Shown here: piece after piece, positions 52,912 through 64,000 of the stretch
Numbering within the stretch: position 1 is the first letter of the stretch
Layout: the number at the start of each line of letters is the position of its first letter
The notes under the pieces: model-generated
The model's input: only the letters and a program-made list of their open reading frames with translations
What the model was told of the DNA's origin: nothing
The model's database searches: none
Assembly: GCA_000708835.1 (NCBI GenBank)
Contig: DF237241.1
Span: 1 to 64,000 of the forward strand
From: Klebsormidium nitens
Lineage: Eukaryota; Plantae; Klebsormidiophyceae
Direction of reading: 5' to 3'
Length of the DNA: 64,000 nucleotides
Made by a program: the position numbers and the translations under genes

Positions 52912-53463
52912 TGCTCCGCTTACTGATTGTCCAACTCGTCCTTGAACGTTTCACAACCAGTGCCTCTAAGTCTTCTACCACAGGACTCGTTGCAACCATG
53001 ATGATGATCGCCTCTCCTTTATTGTTGTGTTGCACTTGAAGTTGCAGCTGCGAAGTACCTACCACAGGCTTAAATTCAGGCCTGTGCCAGAAATTAAGCT
53101 TAAATAATAAATTGCACAATCGCAGGGTAAATATTTGCAGCTCATGCATGTACCGTAGATCGATTCACGGGTTTCCTTTTGAGCTTTGTAATTTTTTCCT
53201 TAAGCAGATATCTACGTAATTGCTTGGTTTCTTTGGCCTGGGCCCGAAGGGTTGTGAACTTGTCATACCTATTTGAAAATTTTCAAGTTTCATCCGCTTA
53301 TATATGTAGCAGATGAATATGTTAGAAATTACACCGAGCAAGTGAATTCTTTCCGCTTCAACCTCAACCCCAGCTGTGAGGTCCAGCTGAAGCACTGCCA
53401 GCATTGCAGAACGCCAGCTTGTGAGGACCGCATGTGGTTTGCGGCCTGGCCTTTCTGAGGAGC

Positions 53464-56326
53464 ATGGCGAGCTCGTGCTTAAGACAATCTTTTATGCAGA
53501 ACATTAGCTCGGTGGCAGCATTGGATGCGCGGAGCCAGTCCGAACTAGATTGTTCTACAAGCTTCTCTTGCAGGGCCAGTTCCTCGCTCGCCGCTCCTTC
53601 CTGCTTGGACAATTCTCTGATTAGTCGAGGCTTCCAGTCAAGCAGGTTCCTCTGGCATCTTGGCAGAATGGACGCCAATCTCCTCAGATCTCGGAGCAAG
53701 CAGAGCAGATCAACCAGAGCAGCTGTTGGCGATCAGGTGAGGGCAAATGTATCAGTTTCACAAGAGGTTCCATCAGGATCACTGCGACAGTGGCCTTCAT
53801 CTCTTTGTCCATCTAGTTATTTTGACAATACGGTAAGTTTGTCACTGGTGGTGGTATACTGTATGTGGTACTGTTGACGTACACATGAGGAGCGATAAAT
53901 TTGCCTAAGAATGTTGGGTGCAGATATAGATGAATGAATATGGAAGCACACAGGACCTGCACTTTTCCCCCTCTTTGATTCTCCAGTCTGACTATTTCCA
54001 CGAGCTGCATAGGACAAGGTCCAGCAATATTCATCACCAACATGGCACGAGTCGCTTGGAACAGAAACTTGGAACCATCATTCAACCTTCCTCTGTTCAC
54101 TCAATCCATTTCATTGCAGGGTTCCGCTGAAGATCTGGTGAAAGCCTCGACTGGAAGCCCAGGATGGACAGCAGAAGGAGAAAACCAGGCAGCAAGTATA
54201 ACTGACCTCAGCCAAGTGAGGTCTGGACTGACAATGTCTGTCGGTAGTGATGTGGGGGTGTACCAGAGTTATTGGAACTTCAAACTTCCTCATGTTGGCT
54301 TCAGTAATTGTCTCAATTCTGCCCCCATTTTCTGGCATGTCATCCTGCATCGCAGGATCCCCCACAATGCACCTCAAGAGCTGGAATGTAGGGAAATGCT
54401 TCTTGGAAACCTTGGTGATGAGCTTTCTTCAACGAGTGATGCTGCGCCATGAGAGTTCTCCGGGGTGGGCCTTTTCATGAGGCACAATCACACTGCGAGC
54501 AAGTTATATTCACGAAGGAACGTTGAACCTTTGATCTGTTGTATCAAACATTTCAAAACACAATCTACAGAGATTGCACTGGACTGACAACTCTGCTGTG
54601 CTTCTGGCAGCCTGTAAGCGATGGAGCACCGCTGCTGGAAGCGCCAGCCTCGGTACAGGAGATGGCAGAAGCAGCCGTGGGAGCACATTCTGATGAAGCC
54701 GTCAAGAAGGGCGCCTTGATCCACGATTTCTGCTTTGGAATACCATACGGTAAGTTCCATGTCAAGTGACAGACAACAATCTTTGTTCTGTTCCCACGAA
54801 ACTTTACACTGGCTTAGTCATTTACTTTGGTTCAATGATTTGCCAGCCCTACCCCATTCCTTCCATATCCGAGTTACCATGTTGGTGTCATTTTCCACGC
54901 AGCCAAGAAAGGCTTCTCACTTGGGCCGAAAACAGAGCCTGTGCACAGAAAATCAAGTTCAATTCCCTCGATTGAGAATTCCACCTTCTTTTCCCACCTG
55001 CTACCGAGGCACAACCCGCCCATGGCATACACACACCAATCCATCCCCACTCCGTAAAGCACACCGAATCAACATGCGCCCCGCGTTGGATGCAGGATCA
55101 GTCCTTGCTCTGGGCGGCGTGATCTGGTACTTTGTCAAGCGGCAGCCGGTTTCCCTCTGGCACGGGCTAGCACTGGGCCTCACACAGCTGCTGCTCAGTG
55201 CCCAGAGCCTCAAGGCTTGGAAAAAGGGGGCCTCGTCATTTCCATACATCCTGGGGTCGCTGGGTAAGTACGTCGGTCATTGCAATCTGATCAAGATTTT
55301 ACTTTCGAAGCATAATCTTTGGCATGCGGTTATACCCTCTCTGTGCACTCAACCTTGACTTCGATTGAAGTCACGGAAGTTCCAGGTGAATGCTGTGCGA
55401 TCTGTTGGAAAGATGGTCGAGCCTAATGAACCTCAGTGCCCTCTTCTTGGAGTCGTACAAGAGTCGAGGAGTTCAACTTTTAGCCTTGCTCCTGTTCAGG
55501 ACAACGTGCTCACTTAGCTCGGCAGGCTCACCTCAGGATGTCTGTAACTATCGATCCCGAAAATACTGACTTCGAAAACTCAAATCTTAGCTTGGAATGG
55601 GCGGGTGTGTCAGGCGAACCGCTTCGAAGCTCGGTCTCATCAGATGCATGAACGAAAAGAGTCCGATTTGTTGCGGGACAAGTAAGTAGATCCCGGATGC
55701 TAAGCATTTGACCTTCGTTTCCAGGCATTGCCCTCTTCCTGACCGTGACCAAGGGACGAGCCTTTGCGCAAGTAAGCTGCTAGTCTTCAAACAGACGCTT
55801 CATGTCTTGCACTGGAGCTTTTCTATCCTTAGTCATTTTCTTGTTGTCAATTGGCGACCTCCTTGGACATTCTTGATAGCGACTTTGCAGTTCCACGACG
55901 TACTGACGGGTTCTGTATCTGAAACTCACTCCCTTTCCTGTTCTCTCTCCAGGGCGCACCCTTCCTTCCGATGGGGCTCACAGCGTTGACCAGGTAAGGG
56001 GTATCCTCCTTTTCAAGCAGTCGAAGATCGAGCCATTTTGGAACCGCCTTGGTTGAAGCACTCCGAGGGACTTCGCCGTCTCATGAGGTGCTCGTTAGTA
56101 TAATGGACCTATACTCATCAGGCCTGCTCTCATTCGGCTCTATCCTTGGCGCGCACTCATTGACGGTGTGCTGTTGTCATCGTGCTTCGAACAGTCAATC
56201 TTGAGCTGGCAGCTAAGCTTGGTGTCTTTGCGGATTTGCAGCATTCTGATGGCGCTCTTCTTCTTCTACGTCCTTCTTGCCGGCGGCAACCCACCACCCA
56301 AGGCCAACAAGGCGCCTGCAGTTTGA
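53464..56326 (+). CDS. FAX1: Plastid inner-envelope fatty acid export protein (FAX1-like, Tmemb_14 family), 7 exons, ~282 aa
   Basis: Exons 53464-53736, 54120-54215, 54611-54749, 55096-55263, 55725-55771, 55953-55993, 56242-56326 total 849 nt. Ser-rich transit peptide, IHDFCFGIPYG, SLKAWKKGASSFPYILG and YVLLAGGNPPPK match FAX1-type signatures. Confidence 0.92.
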
Positions 56327-56925
56327 ACTGGACGGAACCAAATCGGCTGGCATGAATAATAACGGACTGACTCTTAGTGCATGTAACCATGGAACTTTTC
56401 TGAGTCCGTTCAGGGCTCAATTGATAATTACTTGCCAGGTTTACAACTATAAAAGCAAGCGAACGTTTTTTGTTTCTCTCTATCTTCTTCAAAAAGAATC
56501 GTCTAGATTGATTATGATGCACTGAACTGTGAGTCCGTGACAATACATGTTGCTCTGGTCGCATCTTGCAAACCACATGCGCTGCACATATGCTATACGT
56601 CCCATATCTAGCTGGTGGCTAAACCAGTTCACTCACATGGACTGCATATGGATGATACCAACAAGAGAGCTTCGAAGCATTTTGAGCTGTCGACTTCAGG
56701 CCCTATACATATGTGCTAAAACAGAGACTAAATGTCCCATTTTCCTGTTTCTTAAACCTTTCCTGTAGTAAACTTTTAGAACCTTCTGTCACGTCCGGCA
56801 TCTGTTGTGGCAACCCTGGCCCCCCCTATGCAGTACATACACACATGCACGTCACCACCGACGTTATGACATTTCGAAGCATGCAACTATCGATCTGTGC
56901 AAAGTATCCCTGCACGAGGGCCTTA

Positions 56926-59900
56926 TTATGATCCACCTGGTGGAGCTTCTCCTGACACCGGCACATCGCCTTTCGGCTCTTGCTCGGGAACCCCGTTGGT
57001 TCCTGCTTCCTCGGGCGGATCTGTAGTGCTCGCTGGTTCCAGGGCCTCCTCAGCTGGAGCTGTATCCGTTGCTGTCAAGTTCTCAACCGACATCGCTGTT
57101 GCAAGTGGCGGATCCGCAGGATCAACGGGCGCAGCTGATAAAGGCTCGCTTGCCCCCTCAGCACTGGCCAAGCGAACAGGGTCTAAACCAGCCCCCTGAA
57201 CCTGCAGCCAGAAATATCGAGCATGGATTAAATGCTGCCGGTAGAGCGTGGGTTGAATGCTAACGGTGTGTATACTATCCACAGGCCAATCTGAAGCAGT
57301 TAAGAGTGAACATTCAACACACCTCTCTCTTTGTCCGGACCACCACAATGAGCGCCGGTGATTGCAATTCCTCAACAAGAACCTCGAAGTTCCCCGCTTT
57401 GCCCTACAACAAGCAAAAGACCAAGCCTTTCGCAGCCACCCCACCTGAGCAATGAGCGCCACGATGTCCTGCGTAAGCAGCGCCACCCGCTCCGAGAGGC
57501 GCTGCACCTCCGCCTTGAGGTTGCTGTTCTCAACCGACAGGTTGTTCTTTACGCGGCCCAGGTCCTCCGACTCGGCCTGCTTGCGAAGCCGCGAGCGCCG
57601 CGCCGACTCCCGGTTGCTCTGCTTCCGCCGCTGCCGCTTCAGCTCGCGCTCGTCCAGGAAAGGGCCTGCCCCCAGGTCGCCATTCAGCGCGGAGGCGCTC
57701 CCCCTACGAACCCCAATCTGCAGAGTAGGGGTCAAGGGTTTGCACCACTTTTGGCAGGGGAATCAAGCAGCGTATTGGAGAAGCTCCAACGTACGAGCGG
57801 TGGGGACGCGTGAACGGTGCGATACGATGCGATGGAGCTGTGATTGGAACAAGATTGTCACCATGCCGGGAATCACTGCCCCCTGTCCGCAATCAGGGGG
57901 TTCAATATCGGAGAAGGGTCCCGAAGCCAACTTTTTAGACCGAGGAATTCCCCAACTGCTGCTTCTACAATTGGGCGCTGAAACAGGTATGATTGAGCAG
58001 ACTGGTACGCTCAGTTTGTCAAAACGGCTTGGTTCCAGAAAGGGGGTGATGGATGTTCCTTCTAAAGAACCAGGAATGATACTGCTTAAATCGATCTACA
58101 ACAAAAGCCCTGTCTTCAGGATTCCGCAAAAAGGAGTGAGCCCAGCAGGCTTACTGCGAAGCCCGTCAGGTCACTGACATCCTTTTGAGCCACCTTATCG
58201 AAGCCCCAGAACGATAAAGAACTACGCTCTCAGACCTGCGCCACCTAGCCACTCTCCCTAAGATACGATCTTTGAGCCGCCACTCAAAATTTCAGCTGTC
58301 AAACATTGGCCTTGCCTTGTGGGTTTGGTTCCAAGGACCTACTTCTTTCTGTCATCCTCCCATCCTGGATTCTGAAAGCACCTTATGAGGACCCTCTGTT
58401 GACTCACCCCCCATTGTAACTCTCCTCCCGGACCATACGTATAAGTGGCGGGGCCACTGGGCCCCGAGTTCCCATCACCCCTCTGCACGATGCACAGAGC
58501 AGAATAAGGTGCGCCAGCATACAACTCGAGACAGTGATGCGGTGTCCTTGCACTCATTCTGACCACTCAATTGAGGGGGTTTCAACATTCAGTGTTAGCT
58601 GAGGGCAGCATCACTACACCAAGTGTGTTGCAAACGTGCTGTTGAAATGGCCTATGAGTCATCGGATGCACACGTTGCCTTTGCACAGAGTGGCCCCCAA
58701 GAACCGCCCACAATCAGTATCGTTTTGCATCAAACGTTCAGCTTCTCAAAAGGCCCCACCGCAACTTACCCCGTCGTCCCCACTGCTACCCGAGTCACTG
58801 CCGCTCGACCTTCTTGTGTTTAGGTTACCAGAGCCACCCTCAGCACCGGTTGGCTGCACACAGAATCCTCTGGCTCAGCTCAGAATTGGTGAGATCAAAT
58901 CTGTTGCAGACATGGCTTGCCTGTACTTGAACTAAGATGTGACGCGGCTTTCAACAAAATCGACAGGATGCTTAAACCCTGAATGCCTCTGAGAACAAGA
59001 ATTTGCTTATCCACAATGAGAGCAATTGCCTGGCACCAGAAGAGAGCTCAAGCACAAACCCAAGATGCGGAATGCATGCACAAGCGCCCCGCATACCAAA
59101 AGTAGGTAAGAATCATAGCTTTCAATTAACTGAGTGGCAGTCTTGGAGTAAGCCTGCGATCTTGAAAACGCTTGACGGAACCATGCTGATCTGAAAGTTC
59201 GGGCATCACCTTGGGGGGCGTGGCTGCGTAATAAGCAGGAGCTGCTCCGGGTGCCGGGGGGGGAGGATATCCAGGGTAATATGCTCCTGGTGCTCCATAA
59301 GGCACCATCATAGCCGGCTGGGGTCCCCACATGTAAGGGGGATGGTGCGGGCCATAATAGGCGCCGGGATATGGGACCGGGACTTTATATTGGGCTTGCT
59401 GCACGGGCGAGAGGAGCACAAAACCTCAATTGTACAAACAAGGTCTTTGGGAGTCGAGCAGTACATTAAATGGTTAATTTAAGGGACTGTGGCCACTTGC
59501 AGGTAGCTCTGCGATTGCAATAGATGCTGCACTCTGACGGATGCTGCACGGTAGATCTGAGCATTGACCTCGTCAAGTGTCTGGTAGCAGGCCTACCTGG
59601 ATGGCTGGGTTTTGCTCAGCTGCCTGATCTGCAGACTCTCTTGCGGCAGGGACTGCGCAGGCAGAGGGATTAGCAATACTGAGCTGGCAGATCATAATTC
59701 TAAATCTGCGGCTTGAATGCATTCTGGTCACTGTTAATCTCTCTTTAAGTCCTCTTCAATTTTTACCATTGGTAAACCAATGCAAAGATGAAGATAATCT
59801 GATCGTAGCTCTGATAAACTGCGCCTGATCTTGCTGTGGTTGGCTCCATCCCATCAAGACGACAGGATCAGCACGCAAGCTAGATTGTTTTAGAGAACCA

Positions 59901-60115
59901 TCAGAGGCTATCAACGATCTGAGGGATCACCTTGAGAATTTTGAGCATTTCAGCGAGGTAGCTTTTGTTTTAGAAAAGTGCCCCTTCGTACAATGCGTCA
60001 AGATCAGAGCCAAGAGCATCCACAAAAAGCTTTTGAGAAACTTAGAAAGCATACCTGCACCCACTAGAGCAGGCTCGGTGCCAAACTGCGTGGATGCATT
60101 TCCTGTCTCAGCCAT
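56926..60115 (-). CDS. GBF: G-box binding factor (group G bZIP) with Pro/Tyr-rich MFMR-like N-terminal region, 7 predicted exons, ~337 aa
   Basis: Exons 60115-60055, 59652-59597, 59398-59210, 58853-58770, 58482-58408, 57717-57445, 57201-56926. Basic region [28 protein letters not shown] and [20 protein letters not shown] are group G hallmarks. Small internal exons are less certain. Confidence 0.88.
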
Positions 60116-60755
60116 TTTGTGTCAAGCTGCTGGTGCTTCTGTGATATGCTGCTTTGATGCAGAAGTGTCTTGCATACAACAATCTCTTCGATGATAAGAC
60201 AGCAAAACTATCACGGTTTATGCTCTAAACCTTTCAAGCCTGCATGGTTCTTGAAAAGTCACGGTTGACCCATGAAGGGGGCACTGACTTTATTTTCAAT
60301 CAACGGGTAATCTTTCTGGATCACTTCTTCAGCAACTACAGCTTTTTCTGCAATCACAAGCGTGCATTGAATAGAGACGCCTGCCCCGTACTTCGCCCCC
60401 GAGCTGCACAAGGGCACGATGAGTCCTTTTCCACAAACCGTATTCCTCCTTTTCTTACTCAACCTGCAACCCAGAACAGTGGCCCCCGAATCGACCTGCG
60501 TGGGATCCCCAACTACGGAACCGGTACGTGCTCTCCTTCACAACTCTCATGCAGCTAGAACGTTCAACAAAATACTTTTCAAACAAAGAGGCACGCCATG
60601 GCCATGCAGCCCACTCCCCTTCGCAATGCTCCTTCTGCGCAGGTTTTCGAATTCCCCAGTGTCCACCTCGACTGCTGCGTGTCTCATCGGACGGTTTAAA
60701 GTCATTCTAAGCCTCACCGGCCGTCGGTGAGGCCAGCGCGACCCGGAAAAGAAGC

Positions 60756-60764
60756 TGACGTGGC
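60756..60764. promoter_or_regulatory. Hex/ABRE-like element TGACGTGGC in the GBF / Pin3-like divergent intergenic region
   Basis: Exact motif match about 640 bp upstream of the GBF ATG. No functional evidence. Confidence 0.3.
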
Positions 60765-61234
60765 GGATCCTCTGCCAGCTCACATGTTCAAACCTCCGTA
60801 ACCCGCATTGTGCTGAAGCTGGTGCCGGTCGCACTGGCGGCCGCGAAACGGTTCGTGCGCGCGGTAATATTCGCATTTGCTTAGCATTTATTCAGGTAAA
60901 TCTATAATTAGGCGGTATACAAATACCGGTAGTGTCAATCTCGATCCGATCTGATTTGATGGCGATTTAGGAATTTGGGATGCTGAGAATTTGCACCGTA
61001 TCTTCTGCTCTTTCAGTGTGGACTTGCTGTGACCTGTGACAGAAGGAAGGTAGGTGGGTACAATACGGGCAGGCTGCAGGGAAGTTGGCGGGGCACTTGC
61101 ATCTTTCCTTTTCTTTAGGAGACAGGTAAAACAGGGGTATAATAAACGTGAGCAATCGACTGAGCACCAACAGCTACGGGGTGTCCTTGTTAGGTTAATC
61201 AGAAAGGGACGGACTACTGTCAGTTGCGGGAAAG

Positions 61235-62859
61235 ATGGCGGACCTCAGGGCTCATCTCTTTTCAGAGGCAGAGCGGGCGTTGCAGACTCTCCTGGACAAT
61301 CATGTGGTGTCTGCGCCTACGCATGCATCTGCTGTCAGCATCCTGAAGCACGAGCGGGACGGAACGCCAGTCGCAGTGCCTCCAAGGTAGGCATAGCAGA
61401 CAAGGTGCTGCTGTGCAGATCTGCCACAGTCCCTGTGATATGTAACCTATCCGCATGATGATTGGAACTGATGGAGAACTCGATGCTTGAGATCATTGAG
61501 AGGCATTGCGGAGCGTCCTTCTTGATGTGCGTTGCAAAACAGCACTTGATGGACGACTTTTACGTCTCTAGTATAAACCCAGGCCTCGACTCGCTGTCCC
61601 TCCAAACAAGTCCCCGTGCTTTCTGCACCCTTGTCTTTCGTGTTACTGCCCCGGGTGTTCAAAGTGATGGTCAAAGTGTGTCCTAAAAGCAGTGAAATAC
61701 TCATGATGTCAATCTGCAAATCCCTCAGCATCCTCCTTGTTTATTATCTTTTTGGCCATTGTGGCTGGTCATCAGCACAACCAGAACCCCTTTGCTCACC
61801 ACCTTCTTCGGACGCATCATCGCAGCGGCGCTCCTCCGGAGCCTCTTGGCGGTGCAGACCCCGCCCTAAAAGCGTACCTCTTGAAGGAGGCGGAGAGGGA
61901 GCTGCAGAACCTGCACGACAACAGATTTTTGACCCCTGATAGCCACGCCCGCATCACCGCGCTCCTCCAGCAAACCAGGGACGAGAAGGGCATCCCGCAG
62001 GCTCCCCCCGTGGGGTACATCCCGCCGGTCTCTGCATATTCGCCAAGCACCCAGCCTCAAGTGTAAGCTTCTAATCCTGACCAGCTTCAACGACTCAGAG
62101 GCATTCCATTGCACTCTGATTTATTTCTGTGCCGCTGGCCACTAAAGCCACGTGTCCACTTGAGTCCTGCATCACGTGCTTTAGCCATTCTGGCTACAGA
62201 AGTCTTCAGTCCACTTGAGTCCTGCATCATGCACTCGAGTTAGTGCAAGATTCTCGGGGGGCTTTCATAGCCAAGTGCCCGTCCCCCGGTGGTAATGTGG
62301 CTGGTGTGACTCCTGCAGATTCCAAGGCTATGCATACCAGCCAGCTGCTTACGCCCCCGGCTACCCGCAACCTGGGTATGGCGGATACGCCCCTGCGTAT
62401 GACCAGCAAGGCCAGTACGGGTATCCCCCGGGACAGTACGGCCAGCAGCCTCCTTCCGGCCAATATGGACCTCCCCCCGGACAGTATGGTCAGCAGCCGC
62501 AGTACGGACAGCCCTACGGACAGCCCTATCCTTACTCCCAGCAGTATCCCCAGCAATACTCACAGCAACAGCCGAATGTCAACAACCCAGGTATCGTAGG
62601 CACACCAAATGTGACCCCGCTACCACCCCCCGAGCCTTCCAAGCCGCAGGCACAGGCACCCCCCCCGGCACCTGCACCTGCGCCTGCGCACGCTGCTCCA
62701 GCGGGGCCAAAGCCCCCATCGCAGTGGGGCCAGTTTGCGGGCCGCATGGGGAACAACATTGCGAATGGTATGTCATCTGGCTTCGGGTGGACCATGGGCG
62801 GGAACGTTGCGAACGAGGTCTTCCACGACACAATGCACGCGATCCACAAGATCACATAA
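61235..62859 (+). CDS. Uncharacterised ~309-aa protein: two tandem ~45-aa helical repeats, P/Y/G/Q low-complexity region, Gly-rich amphipathic C-terminus (Pin3/Lsb1-like, no SH3); 3 exons
   Basis: Exons 61235-61386, 61826-62062, 62319-62859 total 930 nt with compatible phases (2,2). Repeat 1 ADLRAHLFSEAERALQTLLDNHVVSAPTHASAVSILKHERDG aligns to repeat 2 PALKAYLLKEAERELQNLHDNRFLTPDSHARITALLQQTRDEKG. Confidence 0.72.
62154..62229. repeat. 21-bp exact direct repeat GTCCACTTGAGTCCTGCATCA in intron 2 of the Pin3-like gene
   Basis: Copies at 62154-62174 and 62209-62229. Confidence 0.75.
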
Positions 62860-64000
62860 TCTATTCTTGAGTGCTCAGGTGGGGCTTGTGTCAGAATGGA
62901 GGAAACGGAGGATTGCAGGCCACCAATGTGCCCACCTGTTGCATGACCTGTACCATATGCTCGCGGGGAGTGTTGCTGGTGGCTCGCCCTAGTTTCCGGA
63001 TGAGGACAATTGTCCTCACATCGTAAGACTGATTGATGACAACAGGACTAAGTCTGTACTTATTCAGAAGTGCACTTGCCAAGAGATTCACAACTGAACG
63101 TCATCGCCGCAACAAACTGAAATTCTTAGAACTTCTAAGGTCCAAAGTGCAGCGTTTAAGGAGCTTTTACTAAGCACTTAATCGCGTTTCGATCCGGTAG
63201 GAAACACATGGCTTCTGCATCAGCGAGCTCTGTACATGGTACGGTCAATTCCCCACTTAGCCAATAGTTGAGTTGTATCACGCAAGCCACTAGAATTGAA
63301 AGAAGGCATATGAGTCGCTCTGGCACCTTCCCAACATGGAGTTTCGACATTACCCCTCGAACTTGCAGTGTTCTAGCTTGACTTTCCACATATCTCCTTC
63401 CTTAGAAATGTTGTCCGCGGGTGCCTGAATCCCTTGGATGACACCCAATGTAGACGACATATGACATGAGCCCAAGTCTCTTATTTGCATGTGATACAGC
63501 TTGCAGCATATTCAAGAATTCCTTAAAGCCGGTGTACATTGCAATCGTACATTGAACATGTTCAATTGTCGGACATGGTAATGATGTCGGATGGATAATC
63601 GTTTCTATATATAAGCGCAGACGGTGAAAGTCGATCATTCTTCGCCTATGGATGATATTGCACTGCATAGTAAAATTATATCGATCCATAACTTACAGCT
63701 GTAGAGTCGAGCATGTGTGACAAACTATCCTGGGCCCGGGCGGCCCGGGTAGCTGCCGCGGAGATCGTGCGGATCCAAGCCATCATGACATGGCGGCTAT
63801 ATAACTAGGGTGCATTCAGTACATAATAAAAGCTATAGAAGTTAACATCATTCCATCTGCCAGCTAGCTCATAAGGCGGCCACAGCCGGATATGCGAGCA
63901 GGTTGCATGATGTATATATTGCGGGACCCATTGTTAGGATCGACTTTCTTTTGCTGAATAAAAGTAAGTGTTTCAATCGAAGCTTAGTATGCAGTTCAGT

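Noticed and set aside
63732-63749. CCCGGG-CGG-CCCGGG hairpin near the window end as a Helitron terminus
   Set aside because: No CTRR at the expected distance on either strand, and the stem is only 6 bp.

Overview
Intron-rich eukaryotic nuclear DNA. The plant-type genes (FAX, G-group bZIP, group C MAPK, OTU7) and short introns with TGCAG acceptors suggest a streptophyte green alga, probably Klebsormidium-like; this is inference and no database was searched. I assembled ten spliced protein-coding genes by hand from GT/GC-AG boundaries and checked frame arithmetic: RPT4 (+), proteasome alpha7/PAG1 (-), group C TEY MAP kinase (-), OTU7-like deubiquitinase (-), a 16-exon GT2 glycosyltransferase with a CBM-like domain (+), a 27-exon ~1949-aa repeat protein (-), CD2BP2/Lin1 (-), FAX1-like fatty-acid exporter (+), GBF bZIP (-) and a Pin3/Lsb2-like low-complexity protein (+). 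There is also one tRNA-Arg(ACG), a candidate MITE and small tandem repeats. The most striking object is the 17-kb gene at 30505-47408. It encodes a plastid-transit-peptide-like N-terminus, two CxxC...CxxC zinc fingers, and a ~1430-aa coiled coil built mainly from 18 duplicated phase-0 exons, each carrying a D-[LI]-x-H motif. It ends in a signal-peptide-like hydrophobic segment. Exon coordinates are manual predictions without RNA evidence.
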